DNA from: Camelus dromedarius
Taxonomy: Eukaryota
DNA: 64,000 nt
Direction of reading: 5' to 3'
Assembly (NCBI RefSeq): GCF_036321535.1
Contig: NC_087437.1
Location: forward strand, 113,770,001 to 113,834,000
Shown here one piece after another: positions 1 through 13,292 of the stretch (its first letter is position 1; each line of letters starts with the position of its first letter). Made by a program: the position numbers and the translations under genes. Below the pieces are notes generated by a model. The model had not been told where the DNA came from. It did not search any database and saw only the letters and a list, made by a program, of their open reading frames with translations.

Positions 1-1314
1 TCTGACCTCGATGGGGGGAGGGGTCTCCTAGCCCTGTGTCCCTCTGTCCCACACCCCACCCTTGTCACTCTGGCCTTTACTACTCCTCCTGGGCTCAACT
101 CATCTTCTTCCTAAATGCATCGGGCTCATGAGCACTGGGCGTCAGAAGGACCCAGCTGCACAAAAGATGCACCTGTGAGAAGGCTCAGAGCTGGGTCCGC
201 TCCAAGCACCTGCTGGAGCCCACGAGGGGCTGGGGTCGCCCTGTTTCTCCCCATCCTGGGGGTCCACGTGGAGGAGAGCTTGCTCCCTGAGTAGAGGAAG
301 CTGAGATGTCTCCCTGGGGTAAGGTTAGATGGAAAAAGGGAGGTCTGTGTCTAATTGGGGGTAGTGAAGAATTTAAACTTGCGCAAGGAGAGGCCTGGCC
401 TTTGCCCTTGGTTTCTGGGAGGCAATCGCTAAGCCCTTGGAATGTCAGGCCTGATAGGGGTGTCTGTGTTTGCCTCCGGGCCTTGGACCAGCGAGAGAAT
501 AACAGTGTGATTCAGTTTGGGGACTGTGAGCCACAGCAACACACTTCTACAGGGTAGGGGGTCTGGGTCCCCTGGTACCAGCTCTGCCACTCAACCCCAC
601 CGGTGTGCTGGAGCCCCAGGGAAGACTCTGGGCCCCTGTTAGGCTCAGGTGAGCATCCCCCAGCACTCCTGGGAGGACGGTGCTGTCCTGGACGCTGTCC
701 TGAGCGCCGGGACAGGGCGCCTGGAGACGCTGGGTCTGCTGCTCTCCTGGAGCCCACCCTGCGCCTCTCCTTCCTTGGCTGCTTTTAATCTGTGTTCTTT
801 TCCTTTAACAAACGTAGCTAAGAGGATAACAGCTTTCAGTAAGTGCTGGGTGTCCTTCTAGTGAGTTCTAGAACCCAAGGGTGCTTTCAGAACACCCTGA
901 ACCTATACTTGGTGTAAGAAGTGAAGGCGATGGTCTTCCAGTGTCCCTTTAACTCTGCAACTGGTGGTGGGGGCCTCACCTGGGGTCTTCTTCCTAAGCC
1001 CCTAACTCACCATCTCAAGGGTCTGCTCGGTGAGCCTTCTAGAACCTTCTCACGTCTGTACTTCCTAACAGCCACTTACTTTTATTCCTACCTCTTGGCT
1101 GTACTTTAATCCACTCATGGCATTTGTATTTGGGTCACTGACATGCAAACTAGCCATTACTTCTTGTGTTCAGCTGATAAAAGTGATCCTGTTAAGGCTT
1201 ACTTATCTAGGTGAAATGAAAATTGGTACTTTTTTGAAGACTTCAAAAGCCTCTGTTTCGCAGTCCGCAGACTTGGCACGATGTTCTGATTCTCTGGGAA
1301 TGGTGAAAGCCATC

Positions 1315-1760
1315 CATCCGAGTTTCCTGGGGCTGCCTCAACGAAGTGTCACAAACCAGGCTGACAACAACAGACATTCATTAACTCCCAATTCTGGAGG
1401 CTGGAAATTTGAGTTTATAGGGTCGGCAGGGTTGGGCTCCCTCTGAAATGGGTAGGGAAATCCTTCCTCGCCTCTTCCAGCTTCTGGTGGTTTCCTGGGA
1501 GCCCTCAGCATTCCCTGGCTTGTAGCCTCATCACCCGGATCCTCCATCGTCGCACGGGTTTCTCCCTGTGTCTCTGTCTCTTCCCGTGAAGTCCTTTCTG
1601 TAAGTCCTGTTGGATTAGGGGCCCGTCCTGCTCCAGGGTGACCCGCCTGAGCTAATTCCATCTGCAAAGACCCCATCTCCAAATAAGGTCACATTCCAAG
1701 GTACTGGCAGTCAGGCACTAAAAACATCTTTTCTAAAGGGACACAGTTCAATCCCTGACA
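1315..1760 (-). mobile_element. MLT1 (ERVL-MaLR) solo LTR, MLT1C/D-like
   Basis: agtttcctggggctgcc...ttctggaggctggaa...ctgcaaagaccccatctccaaataaggtcacatt...caatccctgaca matches the reverse complement of recalled MLT1 LTRs. Confidence 0.8.
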
Positions 1761-1809
1761 CCATCCTTTTCCCTTTTCTGAAAACTAAAGCTAAGGACAG
1801 GAGCTCCTA

Positions 1810-1935
1810 GAGCCTTGGTTCCATCACCTGTGAAATGGGAAGTGTCACACCACTACCTTCCAGCCTAGGAAGGGATCGAAAGATGTGGAAGCACCTCGCG
1901 CCCAGCACACACATCCACGGACGTGCATAGCTCAG
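1810..1935 (+). mobile_element. MIR SINE fragment
   Basis: ccttggttccatcacctgtgaaatggg resembles the MIR core. Confidence 0.5.
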
Positions 1936-4074
1936 ACACCTGACAAATGAGATAGCGCACGGTCCCTGCCAGCAGGGACGCCAACGCGTGTATTTCCTAG
2001 CGCGTTTACATTCATTAAAACCTGAGGTGTGCAATGGCTCTCGCCTCACCTGTTCTTTCTCGTCCCGCGGCCACCAGGTGCTTGGGGAGCAAAGAGGAGC
2101 ACAAACCAAGGGGGCATTGTTTCCCAAGGAAGCTCATCCATCAACGCCGGCTGAACAGCCAGCACGCAGAGACAGTCACTGGCTACACCTTGCCTCTCTC
2201 TGGGTCTTGACCTCGCGCTTATCTGAGAGCCTTTTGTTCAGGCTCATAGTTAGTCAGTGACTCAGTAGCCCACAAGCATCACCCGGGAGCCAGACGAGAC
2301 CAGCAAGCTCGGAGGACCACCTGTTCCAAGTCATTTCCTGTGTGGGCGGCAACTTCACATGGCTGAAAATATGAGTTACGGTAAAAATGGCTTCAGCCCT
2401 GGCACCCTGAGTTGTTGAAACTAGATGGAATCTCTCCCGATTATATTCTGGCCAGACGCATTTCATTATCGTCCTTTGCATATATATTAAAAACTCTTAC
2501 CCCTTTATAAACCAAGGTTCTCAAGGGGAGACAACACACCCTTGCTATAAGGGAGAAGACACACCCGTGTTGTATCTCCCGGGTTGGCTCCGCAGGCAGA
2601 GGGTGCCCTGGGAGGGACGGTAATTAAGGTGGCGTGTTTGTTCCTGTGGGTACCATTACAGATGGGGGTTCAAGGACATTAACAGTCAATTTTAAGCTAC
2701 ACGTTGCACTAAACTGGAGTTTTGGAAACATTAATCAAATCTTCTGTTCACAGTACCCTTAAATTGGCCGATGGAGTGGAAAAAAAAAAAAAAACCCAGC
2801 TCAAACAGTTATTTATGTCATGTAGACAAAACACTGGGCTGGTTGACTGATTATTTCCACTCTACAGTGAGCCATTGCTACCATTTTCACTCTGAGTTTA
2901 ACTGCCGCATTTTTCCATGAATGTAACTGTTCCCTCATGAAGAAGATTCATTTTTAACCTTATTTCCCTCATCCTCTGTCTTTCTGATAGATTGGCAAGT
3001 TCTTGGGTCATGATTAAACTTTAAAAGTAATTTCTTTTTATTTTTTTCTGATTATAAAAGCTGTACGTGATCACTGTAGAAAATTTCAAAATGTCGATGT
3101 GGAGGAAGGGAAGAAAAATGAACGAGAGGCCCACAACCAGGAAAAACTAGCATGAACTGTGTTGAACCAGTCTTTTTGCATTTGGATGGTTTTAATATGT
3201 ATTTCTTAGTACGCGATGAGTAGTATATTAGTATTTGTTACAAATAATACTATGATGATCATAGTGCAGGTTTAGTTTTAATATTAACATATATTTTAAT
3301 AATGCTGTTGTTCTGTCTTAGTTTTCAAACTTTCATTGCTTTTCCCGTCAGCAAAGAGGGCAGTTTTACCTTGGGTTGCAAATTTATATTCATTTATATG
3401 AATGCATATGAGTGGATGAAAATGCAAATTCATTTCATTCATAAAAATAAAATCATAACAGACTACACAGGAATTACAACAGGATGCAGGGCCAGGTGTT
3501 GACTAGAGGTGAGATGCTTGCCCCAATCACGACTGTTCAAGCTTTGAAAATAAAACAACTCATTTTTAAACACTAAATCAACACCATGCCATTCAACTGA
3601 CTCTTCCATTGTCACCAGAAACCAGCCACCAAGACCCAGTGAACTGAGGGTTCACTAGTGAAGATCAAGGGAGCTGCTCTGTGTTGTGTGCTTAGTACAT
3701 GTGTGAGGTCAGGCTGGAAGCCCAGGTGTTTCAGCTCCACACATAGTTTGTTTAGGTATAAGTCTGTTCCGAGTTTTGCTTATACTGAAAAATTATTTGT
3801 TGTTTATCTGAAAATCAAAGTTACCTTGAGGTCTCGTATTTCATCTAGAAAACCTATGGAGAAAGCTGGTGGTTTTACCAGTTTCTGTCTACTGGTTGGG
3901 CTGGGCCACGTGTGCTGTTAAATGTGCTGACCATCACCCACTGCAAACACCAAGCCACTTTGTCATTCCAGAAGCCTACATATTTCTGACCAAACGAGAC
4001 CATCTAGAAAAAAAAAAATTCTTAAGTTCATGGGGCTGAAAGGCAATGTGATTACAGCAGAAAGAAAAGGGATT

Positions 4075-4230
4075 TAAGAACCTGATGACTTGAGTCAAGG
4101 CTTAGCTGTGTGACCTTGTGCTAGTTACGTAAACTCTCTGAGCCTTGATTTATTGATCTTCAAAATGGGGTCAGTAATAACCTACTTCCCAGGGTTTTAG
4201 TGATGACAAATGAGGCAATGCATATTATCA
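4075..4230 (+). mobile_element. MIR SINE fragment
   Basis: agctgtgtgaccttg...ctctctgagccttg...aaaatggggtcagtaataacctac matches the MIR core. Confidence 0.7.
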
Positions 4231-4544
4231 CCCAGCAGATCCTCAACTAAAAAGGCGGTCCCTTACCTACAATGTATAATTTAGTCAAAACAACTAGGAA
4301 CACAAACTACTCCAGCCTCCAATCCTTACCTCCTGTGTACCCCAGCGACAAGTATTGAAGCGAGCATCACACGCACATTTTGCAAGGTACAAGTAGAGGC
4401 GGGAATGATAAAAGGATACTGTGCCCAGGAAAACATGAATTTCTCTGAGTAAAGGGTGCGGATCTCAAGTACAAACTCTCCTTTTTGCTTTTAAGAGTGA
4501 CTCACCCTGTCAGCCTCACTCAGCAATGAGCCTTGCATTTTCAC

Positions 4545-4715
4545 TGGGGTCACTCATTCACACGCTCAGGTGTTTATTTATTCAAAACATCCCCATGACA
4601 GACACCGTGCCAGGCTTCAGGGGTATGAAACATACGTTGTACCTGTTCCTGTCCTCATGCAGCCCACGGTCTGGCGGGGTAGACGGGCATGAAGCAGATC
4701 ATCAGGCAGAGAATT
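4545..4715 (-). mobile_element. L2 LINE 3' fragment
   Basis: cattcacacgctc...tttattc...ccgtgccaggc...cctgtcctcatgcagcccacggtctgg resembles a reversed L2 3' end. Confidence 0.5.
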
Positions 4716-5584
4716 ATTTTAGCGCGAGTCCTGCTTGGCAAAGCCAGGGCGGAAGCGGCGAGCGCAGCATTTAGAGCAGCGCTGTATCACCTACACGCCC
4801 TTTCCTCCTGCTTGCAGCCGGGTCACTGCGCTGTTGATGCAACACTGAGAAAAATTAATGGGTAACAGGAGTCTGGGAATATAAAAAGCGGGATAAAGGG
4901 GTTACTTCCTTTTTACTGTTGTTTCTGCCTGTTTATATAAAAAGGTCCTTTCAACATTGACAGAGCTTTAAAGTGTAATATGAAAAATAGTACTTTGTAC
5001 TCATTACGGTTCGGTGCCTTTCATCTGCGTCACTCCCAAGCCCTGCAGACGTTACCTCACCGGCTTTCGGAGCCCTCCTTAGAGGAAGGGCCAGAGACAC
5101 GCTTGCCCCCATTTCATAGATGAAGAGACTGAGGCAGGAGGAGGTGGGAACGGTGTTGGGTTAGGGCCAGGGTACCTGAGTCCTCTCTCTGGTTTTGCCA
5201 TTCAATAGCAGGCTGAATTTGTGTACCTTCCTCAGTCTTTTTAAGGATTTAGAATGGAAAATCCCCAATGTCTTAAAACAGTTTTAATAATCTGTGATGG
5301 TGTCAAAGAAGCAGACCAGTGTCAGAATGCTCATCCCCAGGATATAATTCAAGTCTTCACTGATAACTTCAGCTTTGCAATAACAGGGCAGCAAGAAGAC
5401 CATCCAGGGAGACCATCAGACTAATGGAATGCTATTAAAATACAAATTGTGGAAAAGCTTGCAAATGACATAGATTCTCAGGAACCAGCACAGAGTTAGT
5501 ATATTCCAGATCCTCAGGCCAGATCTTGGTAAGCCATTAAAGAAATCATCAGGCAAGTTTGGGAAACTCAACATCCGTCCAGAT

Positions 5585-5757
5585 CCATGGTCTCAGGCTT
5601 GGCTGCACACGGGAATCACCAGGGAGCTTAGAAAACTGGGGATGCCTGAATCCGCCCTAGAGATTTCTAATTTACATGCTTTGGGATGTGTCCTGAATGT
5701 CCAGGGTGTTAATCACGCCCCAGGCGATCACTGTGGGCAGCCTAGGTTGAAAACCAT
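5585..5757 (+). mobile_element. MER5-family hAT-Charlie MITE
   Basis: ggtctcaggcttggctgcac..gaatcaccagggagctt...ccaggcgat...ggttgaaaacca; degenerate terminal inverted repeats. Confidence 0.7.
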
Positions 5758-5989
5758 CCGTGGAGAGCAAGCTTTGTCGACATGTGGTGAGTTTCAGGGA
5801 CCTGAGGAGGTTCATCTCACACATGTGAAAACCATGTCCAAAGCCAGCCACTGACTGGGGGCAGCGCGGGGCCAGACTCTGAGTCCCAGCCTTCTGACTC
5901 TGCCTCCGGTCACTGCATTATGGGGAGGCCCGTACGCCTGAATGTAAGAGCTCTCTTTTAAATATACAGGAAAAGGTTCGAATTACTTT

Positions 5990-6900
5990 AGCTCAAGAAA
6001 AAAATGTCTCACATTTAAAATTTTGGATCCAATAAAACATTTGACTATTTAGAAATCAAAATTATCTACATGGTCTCTGTCACTACAAACAACAAATGAA
6101 GGCAATTAATAGACAAACATAAAGGGGGAGGATACAGCTCAAGTGGTAGAGCGCATACTTAGCATGCATGAGGTCCTGGTTCAATCCCCAGTGCCTCCTC
6201 TGAAAAATGAATAAACAAGTAAATCTAATTAACTCCCCTTGCCAAAAAGATAATAAATAAATAAATAGACAAACATTAACTTGGAAAAATGCTTATAATG
6301 TAAATGATAGAGTTATTTGAAGCATCTTTAGAAATTAATAAGATGAATAATCTAATAAAACGATAAAAACTTATGAATAGAAAATTACATAGAAGATTTA
6401 AACGACCAATTAAAATGTAAAATTATTTGCTCTCCTTAATAATTAAAGTAATATAAATAAAAACATTAATGAATTATTGATAGTCACTTATCAAATTATG
6501 AATGATTAAGTGATTGATAAAATCCTTTATTGGGGAGGATGGGGCTCCTGGTGGTAAAGTAAATTGGCATAACACTTCTGCTGAGCAATTTGACAATATA
6601 CCAAAAGCTTAAAATTTGTGCATGCTCTTTGATCTGGTAATGCTTTAAACAAATTATCCTAAGAGACAAGTGTATTAAGATGTATGTGTAAAGATCTTTC
6701 CCATCATTGGATTTTTTATGATATCAAATATCTGGCAATAATCCAACATCCGTCAGTAGACAATTGGTGAAATAAACTTTGTTTTGGTAGATCCACACCA
6801 TGGGATAATGTGAAACTATTAAAAATTATATTGCAGACTTACATGTATTGATATAAAAATGTTTCACGTATATAGAATGAATAAAGGTACCAAACGATAC
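5990..6900 (+). mobile_element. Old L1 (L1ME-grade) ORF2-end/3' region, interrupted by a SINE
   Basis: A-rich strand with decayed L1 motifs (aaattggcataacacttct...agcaatttgacaatat; aatccaacatccgtcagtag; ccacaccatgggataatg). Confidence 0.6.
6124..6263 (+). mobile_element. tRNA-Ala-derived SINE (camelid Vic-1 type)
   Basis: gggggaggatacagctcaagtggtagagcgcatacttagcatgcatgaggtcctggttcaatcccc followed by an A-rich tail; 13-bp target-site duplication aatagacaaacat at 6108-6120 and 6264-6276. Confidence 0.9.
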
Positions 6901-6969
6901 ATCACACGTGCTCATTCTTTCACATGCCCGAGTATGTATGCATTGGCAACAGAAACCTAAGTTTGGGGT

Positions 6970-7061
6970 TCAGTACTGGGGACTGAGAGATTTCCCGGGA
7001 TACAGAAATTTTCATTTTAAACCTGGGACAGCCCTAACAAACCGGGAGGACTGATCACCTG
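6970..7061. mobile_element. MER94-like hAT-Blackjack MITE remnant
   Basis: gggactgagagatttcccggga...aaacctgggacagccc..caaaccgggagga..gatcacct resembles recalled MER94. Confidence 0.55.
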
Positions 7062-8312
7062 GTCTTGCCACTGCACAGCTGTGTGATTCAGACGTGTTTT
7101 TCCGTCGTTGTGGCACGTACTCTTTTCTTAAAATAATGCAGCGGAAATAGTAAAGTTAGTATAGTTTCTTCTATATAGTATAATAGTAAAGTTTCCTCTT
7201 CAGCATTTCTTCAGCGTACCTACCCATCATAATAACAATATAAAAAAACAGTAACGTCATCTCTATTAGAAATCATCCCATGAGTCAACTGGGGTCTATT
7301 TCCAGTACCAAGGAAACGGCACTTAATTGTAAAGAGGTGTTTCCATAGAATGTCGACCACAGACATTTGCTACAGAACAAGAACTGAAACTTAGAGATGC
7401 AAGAACAGGGGGGACCACAGATGACATCTCCCTGTACCAGCACAATGTCTTAGGCCAGACAAGATAAATGAATAAACAAACACTCACTCCTTGTGTTATG
7501 AAAATAGCAGCAAGCCTCCTGAATAGATTCAGTGCGTGGTAGATTCGAATCTAGAATGATTTAATTATTTTGTCCCCCAAATAAGCTTATGAACAATTTT
7601 CAAAGTGAGTACATTTCATTTGGAAACATTCACCTTGAAAATTTCAATGTTGATAGTTTTTACATTGCTTTAATTAGGCTAAATAGTGATGCCTTTCAAA
7701 GAATTTTGTTGATGATATTAATTTACCAAAAGAAGAGTCCTGTGGACAAGGGAAGCAGTCTAGAGGGCCCTTAGGAGGAAGTTTCCCAGAAAAAGCTTAG
7801 ATTTACGTCAAGCCTAAAATTTCGTTGGTTTGGTTAGCATTGGTGATGGGCAAGAAGTTGCCACGTGCCCCAAGGCATGAACCATAGCCTGAAAGGTGGG
7901 CAGAAATAAAACACACTCTTCTTAGAAATGTTGGAATTGAACATTTTGGCTTGCATGAAATGGAAGTCTCATTCTGGTGCCTTTAACACAATCTAAAGTC
8001 TTGATTTCCTCCAGAGCAAGCGTCCCTGCCAATTTCTCACCTGTCCTGTAGCAGCTGCAGAAGTTGGCAGAGTCTGAAGAAAGCAAGAGAAACCAGAGGC
8101 TGTGCCCAGTGCAGACCTGACTGCCATCTCTCCAACAGAACCCCAGGCCACGCCTTAAACCCTCCCCTGAACACTGGAAGCATTTTTTAAAGTTACAGCT
8201 TTTGAAATTTCCTTCCTAACTTCTTATTCTTTATGCTCCGTTCTCCATTTTGGGAAACAGCAAAGACAGTGCTAAAATCACTGACAGTTCTGCCCTTGAA
8301 AACCGCTTAACT

Positions 8313-8579
8313 GACATAGAATACAAACTTGTGGTTGCCAAGGGGGTGGGGGGTGGGAAGGGTAGACTGGGATTTCAAAATGTAGAACAGATAAACAAGA
8401 TTATACTGTGTGGCACAGGGAAATATACACAAGATCTTATGGTAGCTCACAGAGAAAAAAATGTGACAATGAATATATATATATGTTTATGTATAACTGA
8501 AAAATTGTGCTCTACACTGGAATTTGACACAACATTGTAAAATTATTATAAATCAATAAAAAATGTTAAAAAAAAAAAA
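8313..8579 (+). mobile_element. 5'-truncated young camelid-type L1 3' end
   Basis: gacatagaatacaaacttgtggttgccaaggggg (G-rich tract)...aataaa...polyA; 15-bp TSD gaaaacc[g/c]cttaact at 8298-8312 and 8580-8594 with one mismatch. Confidence 0.9.
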
Positions 8580-8864
8580 GAAAACCCCTTAACTTCCTTC
8601 TGTGTCTGGAAATTACACCTGGAATACAAAAGCATCCTTCGCTGCTTTTGATGAGAAAGTCTGATGAAAGCGCCTGGTTTGATTCACTGGCCAGGATTCC
8701 TGACAAGTTTTCACATGCATAGCCCTATTGCAATTTTACAATTTTTTTTTTTTCTGGGAAGGGTGATATTTAGCCATACTATTAAGCAGTGAATTTCTCC
8801 TTACCTAAGTATATTTCTCCAAATTTATTTTAATTAAGCATAAAGGGTTTGCAAAATTTCCCTC

Positions 8865-8960
8865 TCCGGATTTACAATCCTCTCCCCCGCTGGCAGGGTG
8901 CCTGGGGCGGCTGCAGCCTCAGATCGCAGGCGGGGTGGCCGGAAGTGCGACTGTCCCGGG
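8865..8960. promoter_or_regulatory. Small CpG-rich patch with ETS and GC-box motifs (candidate regulatory element)
   Basis: CCGGAAGTG at 8939-8947, GGGGCGG at 8904-8910, GGCGGGGTGG at 8929-8938; about 8 CpG in ~95 bp amid AT-rich flanks. Confidence 0.3.
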
Positions 8961-9484
8961 CTAATGTGCAGCTCCAGACTCTTCCTGTCTGAAATACACT
9001 TTTAACCCAGTAAGATGAAAATACAAATTGCATTTCTGAACATGGACAATTAAAGGCACTAGGTGTATTTTCTCTGGATGCTTTGGAAAATTACATGCTA
9101 GTCCAAATGTCCCTCCTTTAAGCATTGCTATGGAATTATAATGATTTGGGAACAAAGTACTGAATAGAATGCTTATTGAAAACTTAGAACTCACTTCACC
9201 ATTCTACCACCTTACTGTGTTCAAATATAGCTATGTCTAAAAAATTACAAAAATGAACCAGCCCGTTGGTTATTTCTAAACCAAATCTTTTAAAGAGCAA
9301 AATTGATTAAACTTGACATAAATCGTGGTCTTTGTTCTGCCGCCAGCTGGTTACAGTGGACAAAGGACCTCAAGGGTCACTTTTCTAACAATGTATGTGT
9401 TTATGAGTGACTTGATTTCTTTCTTTTGCTTCTGTTTTTTTATTCTTTTCTTATATTTCTTCCCTCCTTTCTTATTTTTGACAG

Positions 9485-9668
9485 TTGGTTAGTCTGAGTG
9501 GGCTGCAACAATAAAAGACCACAGACTGGGTGGCCAAAGCAATAGAAACTTATTATTCACAGCTCTGGAGGCTAGAAAGTCCAAGATCAAGGTGCCAGTT
9601 GATCTGGTTCCTGGTGAGACACTTTTCTTGGCTTGCAGAGCTGCCTTCTGATCTTGTCCTCATGTGGC

Positions 9669-9699
<31 letters not shown>

Positions 9700-9889
9700 C
9701 AGAGACAGAGGAGAGAGCACTCTGGTGTCTCCTACAAGGCCACTAATCCTCTGGGATCAAGACTGCACACTTATGATCCCACAACTTTAATTACCTCCTT
9801 TTGGGCCCTATCTTTAAATTACAGTCACCATGGGGGTTAGGGCTTCAACATGAGATTTGGGGGAGGACATGACTCAGTTCATCGTAACA
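9485..9889 (-). mobile_element. MLT1A-type solo LTR containing a (GAGACA)n microsatellite at ~9668-9716
   Basis: accacagactgggtgg...ttctggaggctagaaagtccaagatcaaggtgcc...ggttagggcttcaacat...catcgtaaca. Confidence 0.85.
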
Positions 9890-12776
9890 ACTGATTAAGT
9901 GAAAATAGACTGGTTTGGGAGAGCTGGTAGAGTCTGAATGTTTCTCACTTTTTCAATGGAAAGTTTTGTACAAAACCTTCATATAACAGACGTAAAAGAC
10001 CATCATAGAATGGGTAAAGGCTCAGAGACATCTACAGTCCCTTCTCAGCTGCATCCCTTTCTGGTTGTGCAACCATGAGCACATGGGGTAAGATTTTACG
10101 ACCTTTTGCTTTGTGGGAATGATCGTATTTATCTCAGATAATTGTTGACAAGTTTAACCGGGGATTTGCACATCAAATGCTTGGTGGGGGAGCCAGCACA
10201 GAGTCAGCCCTCACTTTCGGCCACTAGTATCAATTTCATCACCGTCATCGTTAACACTCCCAGGCGAGTTAACCAAATGGTAAAAGCATTTTCACTTGCC
10301 AATGGTCGTATCAACCCCTCAAACTGACATAGGCAATAACTTAGCCCAGAAGCACAAATTCAGATAGTTTTCTTTGCCCAAAGCGAATCTTAAAGAATCC
10401 TATTGATGGGTTGTGGCATTTCATTTCATTTTCCAGAGAAAAGCTGTCTAGACTCCCAACCTCAACTCTGTTCCCCCAGGAAGGTCTTTGTCCGCTGAAC
10501 AGAAGATACTTTTTTTAGTAGCTTGCTTTCTTTTCCATCATAATGGTGACTCTGCAGTGGTTTTCAGGAACCTCACCATAGAACCAGCGCCAGAAGTGTC
10601 TCCAAGATGAACCAAAACTCACTGCAGAGGAGCTGGAAAAAAAAAAGTCACAAATGAAGTTTCAACTCAATTCGCTAAGTTTTTCTCAAAATGTTCAACA
10701 TTGGTAATGCTTGAAAACACTTTAGCCAAAACCACTTCAAACCCACAACTCATAATATTTTCACGATTAACCTTAGAGAGAGGAAAAATATTACCAGAAT
10801 TATGTCACATTCCCACCACCAAACTTTTGGTCTTTTTCCCCGTTGAGGTGGGCAAGGGTGGAGGGTGCAAGAGATGGAGAGAGAAGGCCCTTTGTCTGGA
10901 GCTTTTAATTGCTGAGGGGTTTTACCAAAGAAGCAATTCCTTTCACAAGCGCCATGTCTCACCTTGAGCTCTTACCCACTAGGGACATAGTTGATCAATG
11001 ATGTAATTCTCCAGTGACTTAAGGATAGTGATTCTTTTATTCTCACAGAAGGTTTGCAGAAAAATTAAAAGAAGCCTGCAGTCATTTATTTTAATCTCTC
11101 AAGATTGTTTATTGTTTCTACAAGTCAGGGCAGCCCCATCTCGGGAAGGAATATTCCAAAGGAAAAGTCGATAAAATGATCGCATTGTTAGACGGGTGGG
11201 GTTTTTGCAAAACAGACTCTTTGTTGTTGATGGTCTTTTAAGGCAACATTTTATACTTTATCTCGTGGTCTTTCTGAAAACCATGGATGGCCATTTGCTG
11301 TAAAGAACAACAATATTAATTTACCTTTAGGGACATTGACATTTTTGAGAAGTCAGTAGATATCTACAAACGATTAACCTAAATAAAAGATTACTGAAAA
11401 TATTCATTTCCCATGCGCCTTCCTTCCCTAGCATTGCCATGAAGCATTTTGGCATTTGTGCCATGAATAAAATGAGGGGCAATATATGCACTTAATATGG
11501 TTTCTTTGAATATTATAAGCTTCTCCCTCCCAATAAAATTAATCGCTTTTCTGTGCGTAATGGAAACTGCAAAACAATTTTTCCCTCTTTGGGTTACAAA
11601 AATATCCTGAGATTGTCAGCTTTAGTTTCTCAAGATCTTTGATCTACTTTAAATATGAGAGGTGCGGGACCCCCAGACTGGGTGGGTGGCCTCTACCCTA
11701 CTGTGTGAGAAAAAAAAGCTATTAATTTTCCACCTTAGTTTTTGTTATACCCATGGGTTTTTTATTTAGAGGAAAATTTAATGCACAGTTGGTACCTTTA
11801 CAGTTAACTCACCCAAGCGTTATTTGTTTAAGACGTATTTGGTGCCCAATATACCCTGTGTTTTTATTTTATTTTATTTTAAATAAGGCTTGTTTAAGCT
11901 CTCTTCCTAGAAAAAGGATATTGCCTTTTGCCAAGGACACATTATCTTCAATATCCAGCATTTCAGCCTATTTCCTGCAAGTTAAATTTTCCACATCTTA
12001 AATTGAGTCCGCCCTCCAAACTACAAATCAGTAAGGTTAGGCAAGACCTTTCTTCCCAGCTGCTACCTCTCTCTTGCTGAGGGATTTTACAGGTCTCCCT
12101 CATTTGGTGGAAAAACCAATCTTTAAGCACTAATGGAAGAATGTCAAGGTCTTCAAAGTCTCCCTCTGTTTAGATAAACACCTTCCAACTTCCAAATCTG
12201 TGCTAAACCACTATAATGTTTATCATATTTCAAACTGATAAAAAATACCTTACAAGGCAAATTGCTTGTGAGTCCAAGTTTAAAAAAAACCAGGCATGAT
12301 GGTAGAACATCAGAGGAAAAGAACTCAATGAATTGAAAACAGTCCTAAAGGGAGAGAAGTTCACCTGTTATCACAGATGTGCATAAATGACAAGAGTTAA
12401 TTTTCCCAAATACAAGATCAGCCCTTGAATCTATAGAGGAGAACACAAATTTAAGCATGGCCCCAGCGTCAGTATCCAACACATTTCTGAAGATGCATAT
12501 GAAGGTAGTTCTGGAGGGAATGTGCCTGAGAGAGTGAATGTTTTCCTGGCTGTGGTTCCTTCAGTTAAAATTACTTTGCTACATTTGCTTGTGACGGGAA
12601 GAATGTTTCATACTCTCCCAAACAATATGACTCCAGGGGGATGTTTGGTCAGGAAGAAGTCAGTCATGTAAGATTCTGTGCAATGATGCTCTTCCGTTCT
12701 TGTTGCTAAATTCTACCATTCCAAGTGTCTCTACACTTGCTACAGACTAATCAGCACTCAGGTGGAGCTTATACAG

Positions 12777-13292
12777 TGATACGGGAAAATGGGGCACAAG
12801 AGGATGGTCGTGTCCCAGGTCTTGGGCGAGTCCCTGGGACACACCCCACCAGGTGAGGGTCCCTGGCTTCTTGCAGGAAAGAATTCAAGAGTGAGCCATA
12901 GCTAAGTAAAGGTAGATTTATTCAAAGAGATACACACTCCACAGAGTGCAGGCGGTCTCAGAAGGCAAGAGAGGGCCACCATGAGGTGTGCGGTTGTTAG
13001 TTTTTATGGACTCAGTAATTTCATATGCTAATAAGTGAAAGGATTATTCCAACTACTTTGGGGAAGGGGCTGGGAGTCCCAGGCATTGGGCCATCACCCA
13101 CTTTTTGGCCTTTTATGGTCAGCCTTTAAATTGCCATGGCACCTGTGGGAGGGCCATATAGCAGCTATTGTATTACAATGAGAGTACAATGAAGCTCAAG
13201 GTCTACTGGGAGTTGAATCTTCCGCCATGTTGGTACTAATTGTTGGGTCATTCTTTTAATGGTTGTTCCCTGCCCCCGCCCCTCCTGTGTCA
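12777..13292 (-). mobile_element. ERV1-class solo LTR
   Basis: TG...CA termini (tgatacggg...ctgtgtca), gaaagaattcaagagtgag, reversed polyA signal (tttatt), catatgctaat; no clean TSD seen. Confidence 0.7.

Noticed and set aside
7488-7550. 63-nt minus-strand exon candidate (GGA|GTGAGT donor)
   Set aside because: The acceptor is purine-rich and neither open frame is recognisable.
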